A stretch of DNA of 64,000 nucleotides from NCBI GenBank assembly GCA_029953675.1, contig JAMWBK010000007.1, forward strand, positions 1,054,001 through 1,118,000, in the 5' to 3' direction. The translations under genes were made by a program, and so were the position numbers. The notes below the pieces were generated by a model. The model saw only the letters and a program-made list of their open reading frames with translations, ran no database searches and was not told the DNA's origin. How positions within the stretch are numbered: position 1 is the stretch's first letter; every line of letters starts with the position of its first letter. Shown one piece after another: positions 47,850-58,800 of the stretch. The DNA comes from Rhodosorus marinus CCMP1338 (Eukaryota; Plantae; Rhodophyta).

Positions 47850-50782
47850 CCGTGGTAGGGCGGAACCGGTGGAATGTCTCATCGACACCGGTGCGGTGAC
47901 GGCAATTAGAGAGGACGTTGCGAAAGCCCCCAACCTACCGAGGTACGACGAGCCACGGACATACGGGTTGGCTGTCGGTGAGGAGACCGTGATCAGCCCC
48001 GGAGTGACGGAGACAACGATCACACTCCAGGGACGACAATTCAAGACGAAGCTGCGAATATTCAAGCATCTAAGCCACGATGTATACTTAGGTCTCGACT
48101 TCTTGAGGCAACATCGAACCATCGATTGCAGCGCGGAGCCCCCACAGCTGGTACTGGGAGCGGAAGGCGCCAGCATGCGTAGGATAGCAAGTATGGAAAC
48201 TGAGGAAGAAATAGGGGAGAGGTCTGGCGCGGTCATCCGGAAAGAGGAAGGCCTAGAGAAAGGCGGAAAGGACCAGGTTGCCGACCGTTTGGTACCCGGA
48301 AAGAGTTTCCCCAAGTTCTCCAAGATACATTGCCGTTGCCACCGAAGAACCGGCAACGATATGGACTCAAAATCGAATTGGAACCAGGGGAGCTGGCGAG
48401 TACACCAGCTCAACGTGCATATTCGATGTCACGGGTCGACCGAGAGCGGCTACAAGGAGAATTGCACTACTTGGAAGAGCAAGGATTTATCTCACGGAGC
48501 AGAAGTCCGTATGCTGCACCTGTGTTGTACGTGGACACAAAAGACGGTGGGCGACGCCTCCGCATCGACTATCGCCGGTTGAATCAGATCACCGTGCGAG
48601 AAAGAACGACCCCGCCTAGAGTGGAGGAGCTATTGGATACCCTGAGCAGCGCTCGGGTTTTCACAACGTTAGACCTTCGCTCGGGATATTGGCAGTTGCC
48701 AATTGCGTGGAACACCTTCGCATGACGGTGGGTATTAGCGGATGGCGCAGATAATTCTTGTGCCAGGGTCAGTGATTTGCGTGCATATGCAAGAATTCGC
48801 TGTTGTCCTTGGGAGAATGCAGTAGCGGCATCGGGGAGGTTCTCAATTTGCGTGGTAGGTAGTGAGACATCCAAGTGGAGCCGCGAATGCCCCCCTGTTA
48901 ACAGTGAGTACCCCGTGCTGGCTGAGGGATGATTGTTATACGCCAGCTGAAGTAGCGGGAGGCTCTGCACCCACGTGCGATTTGTACAGCAGCATCTCAG
49001 CATGATTTGAAGTGTCTGATTCACGCGCTCCGTCTGACCGTCCGTTTCAGGATGGTATGCCGTGGACAATAGTTGTTGAATGCCCAGTAATTGCATTAGG
49101 TGGCGCCAAAAAGTTGCCGTGAGGACTGGATCGCGATCTGTGACAAAACTCTGTGGCAATCCGAACCAGGCGACGATATGTTGCAGGATAAGTAACCGCA
49201 GGACCTGCGGTTACCATTTTCGTCGTCGGGATAAATACGGCGTACTTTGTGAGTCGATCGACCACAACTAGTATAGCGTCATTACCCGCGATACTGGGAA
49301 AGCCTGTTATGAAGTCCATAGTCCAGTCGACCGCGCGATTCTCCGGAATTGCGAGCGGTTGCAGCTCGCCCTGGTTGCGCCGAAGTGGTTGTTCACGGGA
49401 GCATATCTCGCATTGTTGTACGCGCGTGAAAATGTCTTTCCTCATGGTAGCCCAGTAATAGCGTCGGCGCACAAGCTACTTACCGTGTGGTGCGTTACTT
49501 AGTTACAAGCTACTTACCGTGTGGTGCGACGACGCTATTACTGGGCTACCATGAGGAAAGACATTTTCACGCGCGTACAACAATGCGAGATATGCTCCCG
49601 TGAACAACCACTTCGGCGCAACCAGGGCGAGCTGCAACCGCTCGCAATTCCGGAGAATCGCGCGGTCGACTGGACTATGGACTTCATAACAGGCTTTCCC
49701 AGTATCGCGGGTAATGACGCTATACTAGTTGTGGTCGATCGACTCACAAAGTACGCCGTATTTATCCCGACGACGAAAATGGTAACCGCAGAAGGAGTGG
49801 CAACACTTATCCTGCAACGTATCGTCGCCTGGTTCGGATTGCCACAGAGGTTTGTCACAGATCGCGATCCAGTCCTCACGGCAACTTTTTGGCGCCACCT
49901 AATGCAATTACTGGGCATTCAACAACTATTGTCCACGGCATACCATCCTGAAACGGACGGTCAGACGGAGCGCGTGAATGAATCAGACACTTCAAATCAT
50001 GCTGAGATGCTGCTGTACAAATCGCACGTGGGTGCAGAGCCTCCCGCTACTTCAGCTGGCGTATAACAATCATCCCTCAGCCAGCACGGGGTACTCACCA
50101 TATTTCCTGTTAACAGGGGGGCATTCGCGGCTCCACTTGGATGTCTCACTACCTACCACGCAAATTGAGAACCTCCCCGATGCCGCTACTGCATTCTCCC
50201 AAGGACAACAGCGAATTCTTGCAGATGCACGCAAATCACTGACCCTGGCACAAGAATTATCTGCGGCATCCGCTAATACTCACCGTCATGCGAAGGTGTT
50301 CAAATAAATAAACGTAATCGCCAACGTGGAACCACGTTGGCGATTACGTTTTTTTGTCAACGAAGAATCTCTCACTGGAGGGCCCAACCCGCTTCCAACC
50401 TGGATGGTTGGGCCCGTTTCCCGTGATCGAGAAACACTCTGACGTGGCATACACTCTGCAGTTACCGGATGAGATGCGCATACATTCGACATTTCACGTT
50501 TCCTTGCTAAAAGGTGCCCCTACGTGTCCTCCGAATTCTCCGATGCGGAGTATCCCTCTCCAATCGGATCTCTATTCAACGCTACCGATCCTGTCGGTAT
50601 TGGGGGTCCGCCACGCGGCTAACGGGATCCGACAGTTCCTATGTTATCGCGAAAAGGAATCCTGGACTGATGCGACTTGGATACCCGAGCCGGACTACCC
50701 GACCGATCTACAATCTCGACGACGCTTACGACACTACCTCAATTATCGCAAGGCGCTTGAAGCGCTACCTTCAACTTCTTGA
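47850..50782 (+). mobile_element. Ty3/gypsy (chromovirus-type) pol: protease, partial RT, integrase, chromodomain; rearranged and frameshifted
   Basis: Protease CLIDTGAV; RT LRIDYRRLN and FTTLDLRSGYWQ; IN YYWATMRKDIFTRVQQCEIC, WTMDFITG, VTDRD, STAYHPETDGQTERVN; GPY/F-like PGWLGPFPVI; chromodomain-like RQFLCYREKESWTDATWIPE. Most of RT and RNase H is missing. Confidence 0.95.
48709..50301. repeat. Long inverted repeat of the gypsy integrase region (arms about 48709-49472 and 49524-50301, 51-bp spacer)
   Basis: Minus ORFs 49472-49047 and 49159-48584 encode nearly the same protein as plus ORFs 49521-50066 and 49978-50307. The DNA arms differ by only a few substitutions and small indels. Confidence 0.95.
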
Positions 50783-50809
50783 GTTTGTCCCCAAACTCGG
50801 CAGGAGGAA

Positions 50810-51311
50810 TGTTCGAACTTGCCCTGACAGCTGTGTAATCTGTGTAAGACACTCCCTACTTTAGTGTAAGACGCTAATGTGCTAGAATCCAACAGTTTCT
50901 ATTTTACTGTCAGTCTTAGTTTACAGTAACCAATACTATATAAGACCTAGCTTTGCTAGATCTTGAGACCTAGAATTAAGTAAAGACAAGTTGGTTAGAA
51001 GAGTTCTAACAGAACTGTTACGTCCTGACCGAACAAGTCAGCCGTCAGGAGTTTGGCCCAAAACAAGGCTAATAATAGATCAGTCTAAATCTAATAATAG
51101 TACTCTAGCAAACCCAAGACATGAACCGGAAGCCTATAAATACGGAAGTTATGACCTTCCGTCTTAGGATTAGAGCTAGAGGAGAGTATCCAAGATAGAG
51201 AAAAGATAAAAACATAAAAGGGAATTTAAAACTATTTTGGATCATCGACACACGTTAATGGAGAACGTGTCAAGTGGTCTCATCGCAAGAGTTGCGATTG
51301 AGGAACGAACA
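50810..51311 (+). mobile_element. LTR (about 502 bp) of the gypsy element
   Basis: Follows the purine tract GGCAGGAGGAA (50799-50809). Begins TGTTCG and ends CGAACA (6-bp inverted termini), contains CTATAAATA at about 51133, and is followed by gag. Confidence 0.8.
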
Positions 51312-51321
51312 TTAATGAGCC

Positions 51322-51424
51322 CAGAACCAGAAAACCTGAAAAACCAGAAAACCAGAAAAACCAGAAAACCAGAAAACCTGAAAAACCAGAAAACCAGAAA
51401 ACCAGAACACCAGAAAAAAACCTG
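51322..51424 (+). repeat. Short tandem repeat (CCAGAAAA-like units) in the gypsy 5' leader
   Basis: ccagaaaacctgaaaaaccagaaaaccagaaaaaccagaaaaccag.. Confidence 0.9.
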
Positions 51425-51435
51425 ACAACCAGAAG

Positions 51436-51705
51436 ATGGCATCGCTACTCAAGATCCAGGCTCCACAGCCGAAGGCCTACGACGGGCGACGCGACGCCCT
51501 GCTCATCACTACGTTCCTGAACAGCCTGAGAACTTATTTCAAATTAGCGAGACTTCCCGACGACGATGACGAATACAAAATTACCCTGGCAGAAGGGTAT
51601 TTGACGGGTGATGCTTCGTACTGGTGGTCCTTAATTGCGGAAGACCAGCGGCCGACAACCTACGCGGACTTTGAATCTACGTTGAAGGCGCAATTTTACC
51701 GCTGG
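51436..51705 (+). mobile_element. Truncated Ty3/gypsy gag (capsid N-terminal part)
   Basis: PKAYDGRRD..FLNSLRTYF..KITLAEGYLTGDASYWW..TYADFESTLKAQFY is a typical retrotransposon gag motif; similarity stops abruptly at about 51705. Confidence 0.9.
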
Positions 51706-52289
51706 GACAAGGACAGCTGTCCCCGGAGCGATCGTCCCAGATGGAACTGGCACAGGTGGGACAGCCACCGCCGCCGACGGCGAGCCTTGACCCGGGGCAT
51801 TGGCAAAGGCGGCAAGGGAGGAAGTCAGCTCCGGGAGGCGGTTGGCCTCAGCAGCAACAGCAACAGCGCGAGCAATATGAATGACTAGGGCCTCTGCGGT
51901 AGCCTTGGAGCAACCTGGCAGCTCGGCGAGCGTGCCAAATCGCCCAAGCCGAAGTTCCACCGACAACGGTGGGGTGCTCGACGCGGCCATCACGAGGGGG
52001 ACCGCGAAAGAACGCCGTAGAAGGGCACAACCACCAGGAACCTTCTGAGTCCAAGGGAAATCCCCGCCACAAACGCACTCGAACCCCCCCGAAGAAAAAG
52101 AGAAACACCCCCGCAACCCCCGGAGAACGTCAAAACCCCCTAACAACCACCAACCGTTTTACACAGACCGAGAAACAAGCGGGGGAAAGACCGCTGAAAG
52201 CATCGCCTCCCACGAAAGAACACTTAGGCCCCCAAAAATGCGCCAAACCCAACTCCAGATCACAATCACAATCCAAAACCCCTACCGCG

Positions 52290-52875
52290 TGAGGAATCGA
52301 CAAAAGGATCTAAGACACGCTGGAACTCAGAGTTCCAACTCACGTCGCGCGCAGGGAACAACGCAGCGACTGGATCAGCCAGGTCAGTCCGATACGGCTC
52401 GACTGAAGCGCCTTGCTGGAGGATGGCCGCCCCACGCCGAATATGCCACTGTGCCACTGCTGCCTTTGCCCGTACCTGCCTACGGGAACGAGAAGAAGGT
52501 GAAGTCCCGCACGAAGAGGAAGAAGAGACACTAGCGAGCTAAAAAGATTCTAAGAAAGCAAAGTCCCAGGCCAGAAAAGACTGAACTTTGCGTCTAATTG
52601 GACATGCAGCGCGCCCCTGGGAGACCGTGAGCACTAGCCGAGGAAAAACAAACAAAGCCTTCCAAGCAAATGCTGCTTGAGGATGGTCGGCCATCTCCAT
52701 AAGCAGGAAATCCAAAAGAAAAGAAACCCTCCTGCGCAAACGATGCGGGAGAGAGACTGGGGGCGAACGAGGGCAAAGAGGGATAACCCCAGAAGGAAAA
52801 CGCCCAACAAAACCTTCGAACCAAGAGAAAAGGCGAGAACGCCAGTCCTGAAAGCTACCCGGGCTCGAAAAGAAA
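52290..52875 (-). mobile_element. Pre-RT (5') region of the non-LTR element, copy 1
   Basis: AWKALFVFPRLVLTV..IRRKVQSFLAWDFAFL, then RAKAAVAQWHIRRGAAILQ..AALFP. Near-identical sequence lies at 57420-57830. Confidence 0.75.
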
Positions 52876-55800
52876 GCAGGAAGCTCAGCTCAGATCAGTG
52901 ACGACTAGGTCGCCAACCGTTGGTTGCACCTCTGGGGCGTCAGCCTCATTAGCAATTGCCGTTGCCACCGGCAGGGGGACCTCATACTCCAACTCTCGGT
53001 TCGTGCCTAACCTGAGAACGAAGATGGAACAGCAAACGGTTGAGCCGAATATGGCGTCTAGTCCGGTCCCCTTGGACCAGGAAGCCAACAAGTGCCCACG
53101 AAAATGTACATAGACCTCTCCATCCCTTGCCCTAAGGCGACCAGGTACCTGCCTGCCTCTGCACGGCGTCGAGGAGCTGCAGCTCTGTCTATGCGGCATG
53201 TGAAAGAACCGCAGTACGCGGTAGCGATGTCAAGCCCTACCTTTCGTGATTCGGCGGTGAGATACCGGTTTGTCCCCCTCATTATTGAATGCTTTTGGCT
53301 TGATAGATGATCCGTTTATTCAGAGGCTAACTACCCTGAGAAGCGATAGACAAGACGCTGATGACGCGCGTCCACAAGCAAAGCAGAATTGGAGCGCCCC
53401 AGGATCAAAGAAAGCTCCGCGAAACAGAGCTCGCAGCCAGCGAGAACCTACACTATCTATCGAGCCAAAGCACTCAATAATGAGGGGGACGAACCGGTAT
53501 GTCACCGCCGAATCGCGAATGGTAGGTTTGACATCGCTGCCGCGCACTGCGAATCTTTCACTTGCCGCATGGGCCGAGCTGCAGCTCCTCGACGCCGAGC
53601 CGACGCAGGCAGGTACCTGGTCGCCTGAGGACAAGGGATGGAGAGGTCAATGTACTCACTGCGACGCGCATTGAGGTCAGTCACAACGAGATCTGCCACC
53701 CGCTGTACCGCTGGGGCGTCACTCTCATCAGCAAGTTCCGATGCCACCGCCAGAGGGACCTCATACTCCAAGATAGTGTAGGTTCTCGCTGGCTGCGAGG
53801 TATCTTTCGCAACGACCTAGGTAGAGCGTCTAGATAGTCTGCTCACGGAGCTTTCTTTGACCCTGTGGCGCTCCAATGCTGCTTTGTTTGTAGACGCGGG
53901 TCATCAGCGTCTTGTCTCTCGCTTCTCAGGGTAGTTAGCCTCTGAATAAACGTGAAGAAGAAAATCACCGCAAGGCACCGAACCGCCGCACGCGTGTTAC
54001 GAGGCCTTCATCATCACATTATCATCATCATCCGTTTATTCAGAGCTTAACTACCGTGAGAAGCGAGAAACAAGACGCTGATGACGTGCGTCCAACAATA
54101 ACGGAACGCCAGAGGGTCAAGAACAGCTCTGTGAGGAGGTGATCAAGACGCCCTGGGTTGTTCCGAAGGAGCTCAGGAAGCCAACGAGAACCTACACTAT
54201 CAACTAAATCAAAGCACTCGATGATGACAGCCCCCATCATCGAGTGCTTTGGTGAGTGGAACAAACCGATAGGACAATGCAGGATCTCGGAGCGGCGAGT
54301 CTAACATAGTCGCAGCGTACTGGAATTCCTTCAGTTGCCTCATTTACCCAGCTACAGCGCCTCGGCGTCGAGCAAAAGCTGGCAGGTATCTGGTAACCTG
54401 GGGACAAGGGATAGAAAGGTCGATGTACTCACTCCGACGAGCGCTCAGAACGGCGCGTCCGTTGCCGGACCTAGTGGATCAGTAACCACTAAGTCCGCCA
54501 CCCGTTGCACCATTGGGGCGTCAATCTCATCAGCAATTTCCATTGCCACCGGCAGGGGGACCTCATACTCCACCTCCCGCTCCATGCCGGCCAGCACCTG
54601 AGAACAAATAGAGAGGAACAGAAAGCGGTTGAGCCCCGTATGGCGACGAGTCCGGGCCCCTTGGAGCTGCGGACAAGATGCCAGCAAGTGCCCACCAAAA
54701 TCACCGCAAGGCACTGAGTCGCCGCCCTGGTTGCATCTCGAATCCATCACGTTTATTCAGAGGCTAACTACCCCGAGAAGCGAGAGACAAGACGCTGATG
54801 ACCCGCGTCTATAAGCAAAGCAGCACTTGAGCGCCACAGGGTCAAAGAAGGCTCCGTGAGCAGACTATCTAGACGCCCTCATCATCATCATCATCATCAG
54901 TTTATCAGAGCCTAACTACCCTGAGAAGCGAGAAACAAGACGCTGATGACGCGCGTCGAACAATAAAGCCGCGTTGGAACGCCAGAAGGTCAAGGACAGC
55001 TCCGTGAGGAGGCTATCAAGATGACTTGGGCTGTGACGAAAGAGCCCACGAAGCCAGCGAGAGCCGACACAATCAACTAAACCAAAGCACTCGATGATGA
55101 GTGGAACAAACCGATAGGACAAGCGGAGCGTAGAGTCCAACATAGCTGCAGCGTACTGGGACTCCTTCACTTGCCGCATTGACCAAGCCGCAGCGCCACG
55201 GCAGCGTGCAGTTGCGGGTAGGTATCTGGTCGCCTGAGGACAAGGAATAGAAAAGTCAACATACTCACTCCGACGGGCGCTGAGATCAGTCACCACCACT
55301 AGATCCGCCACCCGCTGCACCCCTGGTGCGTCAGCCGTATCAGTAATTGCCGTGGCCACGGGCAGAGGGACTTCATACTCCACCTCCCGGTCCGTGCCCT
55401 GCATCTGGGAACGAAGATAGCGAAACAGCAACCGGTTGAGCCGCGTATGGCGACGAGTCCGGGCACCCTGGACCTGCGGACAGGATGCCAACAGGTGTTC
55501 ACCGAATTCACCGCACGGCACGTGGCTACCGCACAGGTTACAACTCGAGGCCCCAACCGCGGGCCATGGCGGTTGGGGCAAGCCAAGGTACAAACGTAAG
55601 CTCGTGCGCATCTCGAAGTCTGTCATCACTAGCCGCTGGTAGGCAGGAATGACCGTAAAGAAGTGAGAGCTGAGGCTACCACCCAAAGCACGGCGTTGAT
55701 AAACTGATGATGATGAGGGAGCCAAGGTCGAAGGCGGAGAGGAAGCTGAACCTAGAAGGGTGGCGTACGAGTCGCGATGTATGTCACAGGAAAGGGATTT

Positions 55801-58800
55801 TTGTACTACATCAGTTCTCGAAGGGGCCGGGCCCGACCGGGTAACAGACTCCTCAGGCGGCCTCGACGGCGCGGCAACTGCGTCCGTTTCAGCATCGACA
55901 CCATCCACGTCAGCATCGACACCATCCACGTCAGCATCGCCTCCAGCGCAAACGCCAGCCCCCATCCGGGCTCCACTGTCAAGACACGGTTCCGCCGCAG
56001 AGCTTCCCGAACGAGATCCGCCAAAAGAGTCAAGAACTGCCCGCCACGACCCGTAGCACGACCCGTAGCGGGGGTGTGTACCGCTTGGCAGGGCAATACA
56101 TTTCTGAAACGCACCCTCCAGCTCGTCAAAAACGCCTCCGAGCCTCGAGCTGAGAGTCACGTCCAAATGCCCCTCACGGAGGCCACGCACGGCGGGATTG
56201 CTCTCCTTAGACCAAGTAGTTAAAGCATTTGGTGAGCTCTTGGGCAAATGAGGGTGAGCTCTTGGGCAAATGCCCAAGAGCTCAACACGGCCGCCGGTTG
56301 GATTATTGCATAAGTCGTGGTGAAAGAAACCTCGCAGCCAGCGAGAACCTACACTATCTCTATCAAGCCAAAGCATTCAATAATGAGGGGGCAAACCGGT
56401 ATATGTCACCGCCGAATCGTGCTCGGTAGGGTTTGACATCGCTGCCGCGTACTGCAATTCGTTTACATGCCGTTTGGACTGAGCTGCAGCTCCTCGACGC
56501 CGAGCGGACGCGGGCATGTAACCCTTTCGTAGGACATACATCGGGACTCGTATGCCACCCTTCTGAGTTTACCTTCGTGCTCGGCGTCGACTTTGGCTCG
56601 CCTGCGCGGTTTGGGGGGGAGTCTCAGCTCCCGCTTCTTCACGGTCATACGCAGGTATCCGCGGTTGGCGCTTACCGATCTCGAACTTCGTGTAAGCTTA
56701 CGACTTTACCTGGGCTTGCCGCAACCCCCTTGGCCCGTTGAGCCGGATTCTAGATGCGCATTGTGCGGGGCCATTGTGCCGTGGGGTGATTATGGTGCGC
56801 ATCTGTTGGCGTCTTGTGCGGAGGTTCAAGGGGCCCGGACCAGACGCCATACGCGGCTCAACCGCTTGCTTTTCCGCTACCTTCGTTCTCAATCGCTCGG
56901 TACGGACCGAGAAGTAGAGTATGTGGTCCCTCTGGCGGTGGCATCTGAAATTGCTGATGAGAGTGACGCCCCAGCGGTACAGCGGGTGGCGGATCTCGTT
57001 GTGACTGACCTCAATGATGATCCGTTTATTCAGAGGCTAACTACCCTGAGAATGCGCGTCGCAGTGAGTACATTGACCTCTCCATCCCTTGTCCTCAGGC
57101 GACCAGGTACTTGCCTGCGTCGGCTCGGCGTCGAGGAGCTGCAGCTCGGTCCATGCGGCAAGTGAAAGATTCGCAGTACGCGGCAGCGATGTCAAACCCT
57201 ACCTTTCGCGATTCGGCGGTGACATACCGGTTTGTCCCTCTCATTCCTGAATGCTTGGCTTGATAGACAGTGTAGGTTTACAGGGCGTCTAGACAGTCTG
57301 CTCACGGAGCTTTCTTTGACCCTGTGGCGCTCAAATGCTGCTTTATTTGTCGACGCGCGTCATCAGCGTCTTGTCTCTCGCTTCTCAGGGTAGCTAGGCT
57401 CTGAATAAACGGATCATCATCAAAGAGAAGAAAGTGAAGTCCCGCACGAAGAGGAAGAAGAGACACTAGCAAGGTATAAAGATTCTAAGAAAGCAAAGTC
57501 CCCCGCGAGAAAAGACTGAACTTTGCGTCTAATTGGACATGCACGGCGCCCGTGGGAGACCGTGAGCACTAGCCGAGGAAAAGCAAACAAAAGCTTCCAA
57601 CCAAGTTCTGCTTGAGGATGGTCGGCCACCTCCATAAGCAGGAAATCCAAAAGAAAAGAAACCCTCCTGCGCAAGCGGTGAGGAAGAGAGACTGGGGGGC
57701 GAACGAGGGCAAAGAGGGATATCCCCAGAAGGAAAACGCCCTACAAACCCCTCGAACCAAGAGAAAAGGCGAGAACGCCAGTCCTCAAAGCTACCTGGGC
57801 TCGGGAAGAAAGCAGGAAGCTCGCAATGTTCCCTAAAAGACTCAGACATCCTGCTCCCTCACCACGGAGGAAGGTCTACGAGATGCGAATCCGCAAGGGA
57901 ATCAGAATTATCATCATCATCATCATCAGTATATCAGAGCCTAACTACCCTGAGAAGCGAGAAACAAGACGCTGATGACACGCGTCGAACAGTAAAGCCG
58001 CGTTGGAACGCCATAAGGTCAAGGACAGCTCGATGATCCGTTTATTCAGAGGCTAACTACCCTGAGAAGCGAGAGACAAGACGCTGATGACGCGCGTCCA
58101 CAAACAAAGCAGAATTGGAGCGCCACAGGGTCAAAGAAAGCTCCGTGAGCAGACTATCTAAACGCCCTGGGTCGTTGCGGAACAGAGCTCGCAGCCAGCG
58201 AGAACCTACACTATCTATCAAGCCAAAGCACTCAATAATGAGGTGGACGAACCGGTATGTCACCGCCGAATCGCGAAAGGTAGGGTTTGACATCGACAGC
58301 TCCGGGAGGAGGCTATCAAGACGACTTGGGCTGTGATTATCATCCCTGCATCTAATTTGGACAACCTTTGGCATAGAGTCAGTGAGTGGGTTTCACCCCG
58401 CTGATGACGCGCGTCCACAAACAAAGCAGAATTGGAGCGCCACAGGGTCAAAGAAAGCTCCGTGAGCAGACTATCTAAACGCCCTGGGTCGTTGCGAAAC
58501 AGAGCTCGCAGCCAGCGAGAACCTACACTATCTATCAAGCCAAAGCACTCAATAATGAGGGGGACGAACCGGAATGTCACCGCCGAATCGCGAAAGGTAG
58601 GGTTTGACATCGACAGCTCCGGGAGGAGGCTATCAAGACGACTTGGGCTGTGATTATCATCCCTGCGCCTAATTTGGACAACCTTTGGCATAGAGTCAGT
58701 GAGTGGGTTTCATCCCGCTGATGACGCGCGTCCACAAACAAAGCAGAATTGGAGCGCCACAGGGTCAAAGAAAGCTCCGTGAGCAGACTATCTAAACGCC

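Noticed and set aside
54916-56376. 486-aa ORF as a host gene
   Set aside because: It is a chimeric frame through nested retroelement fragments starting at a non-ATG codon.
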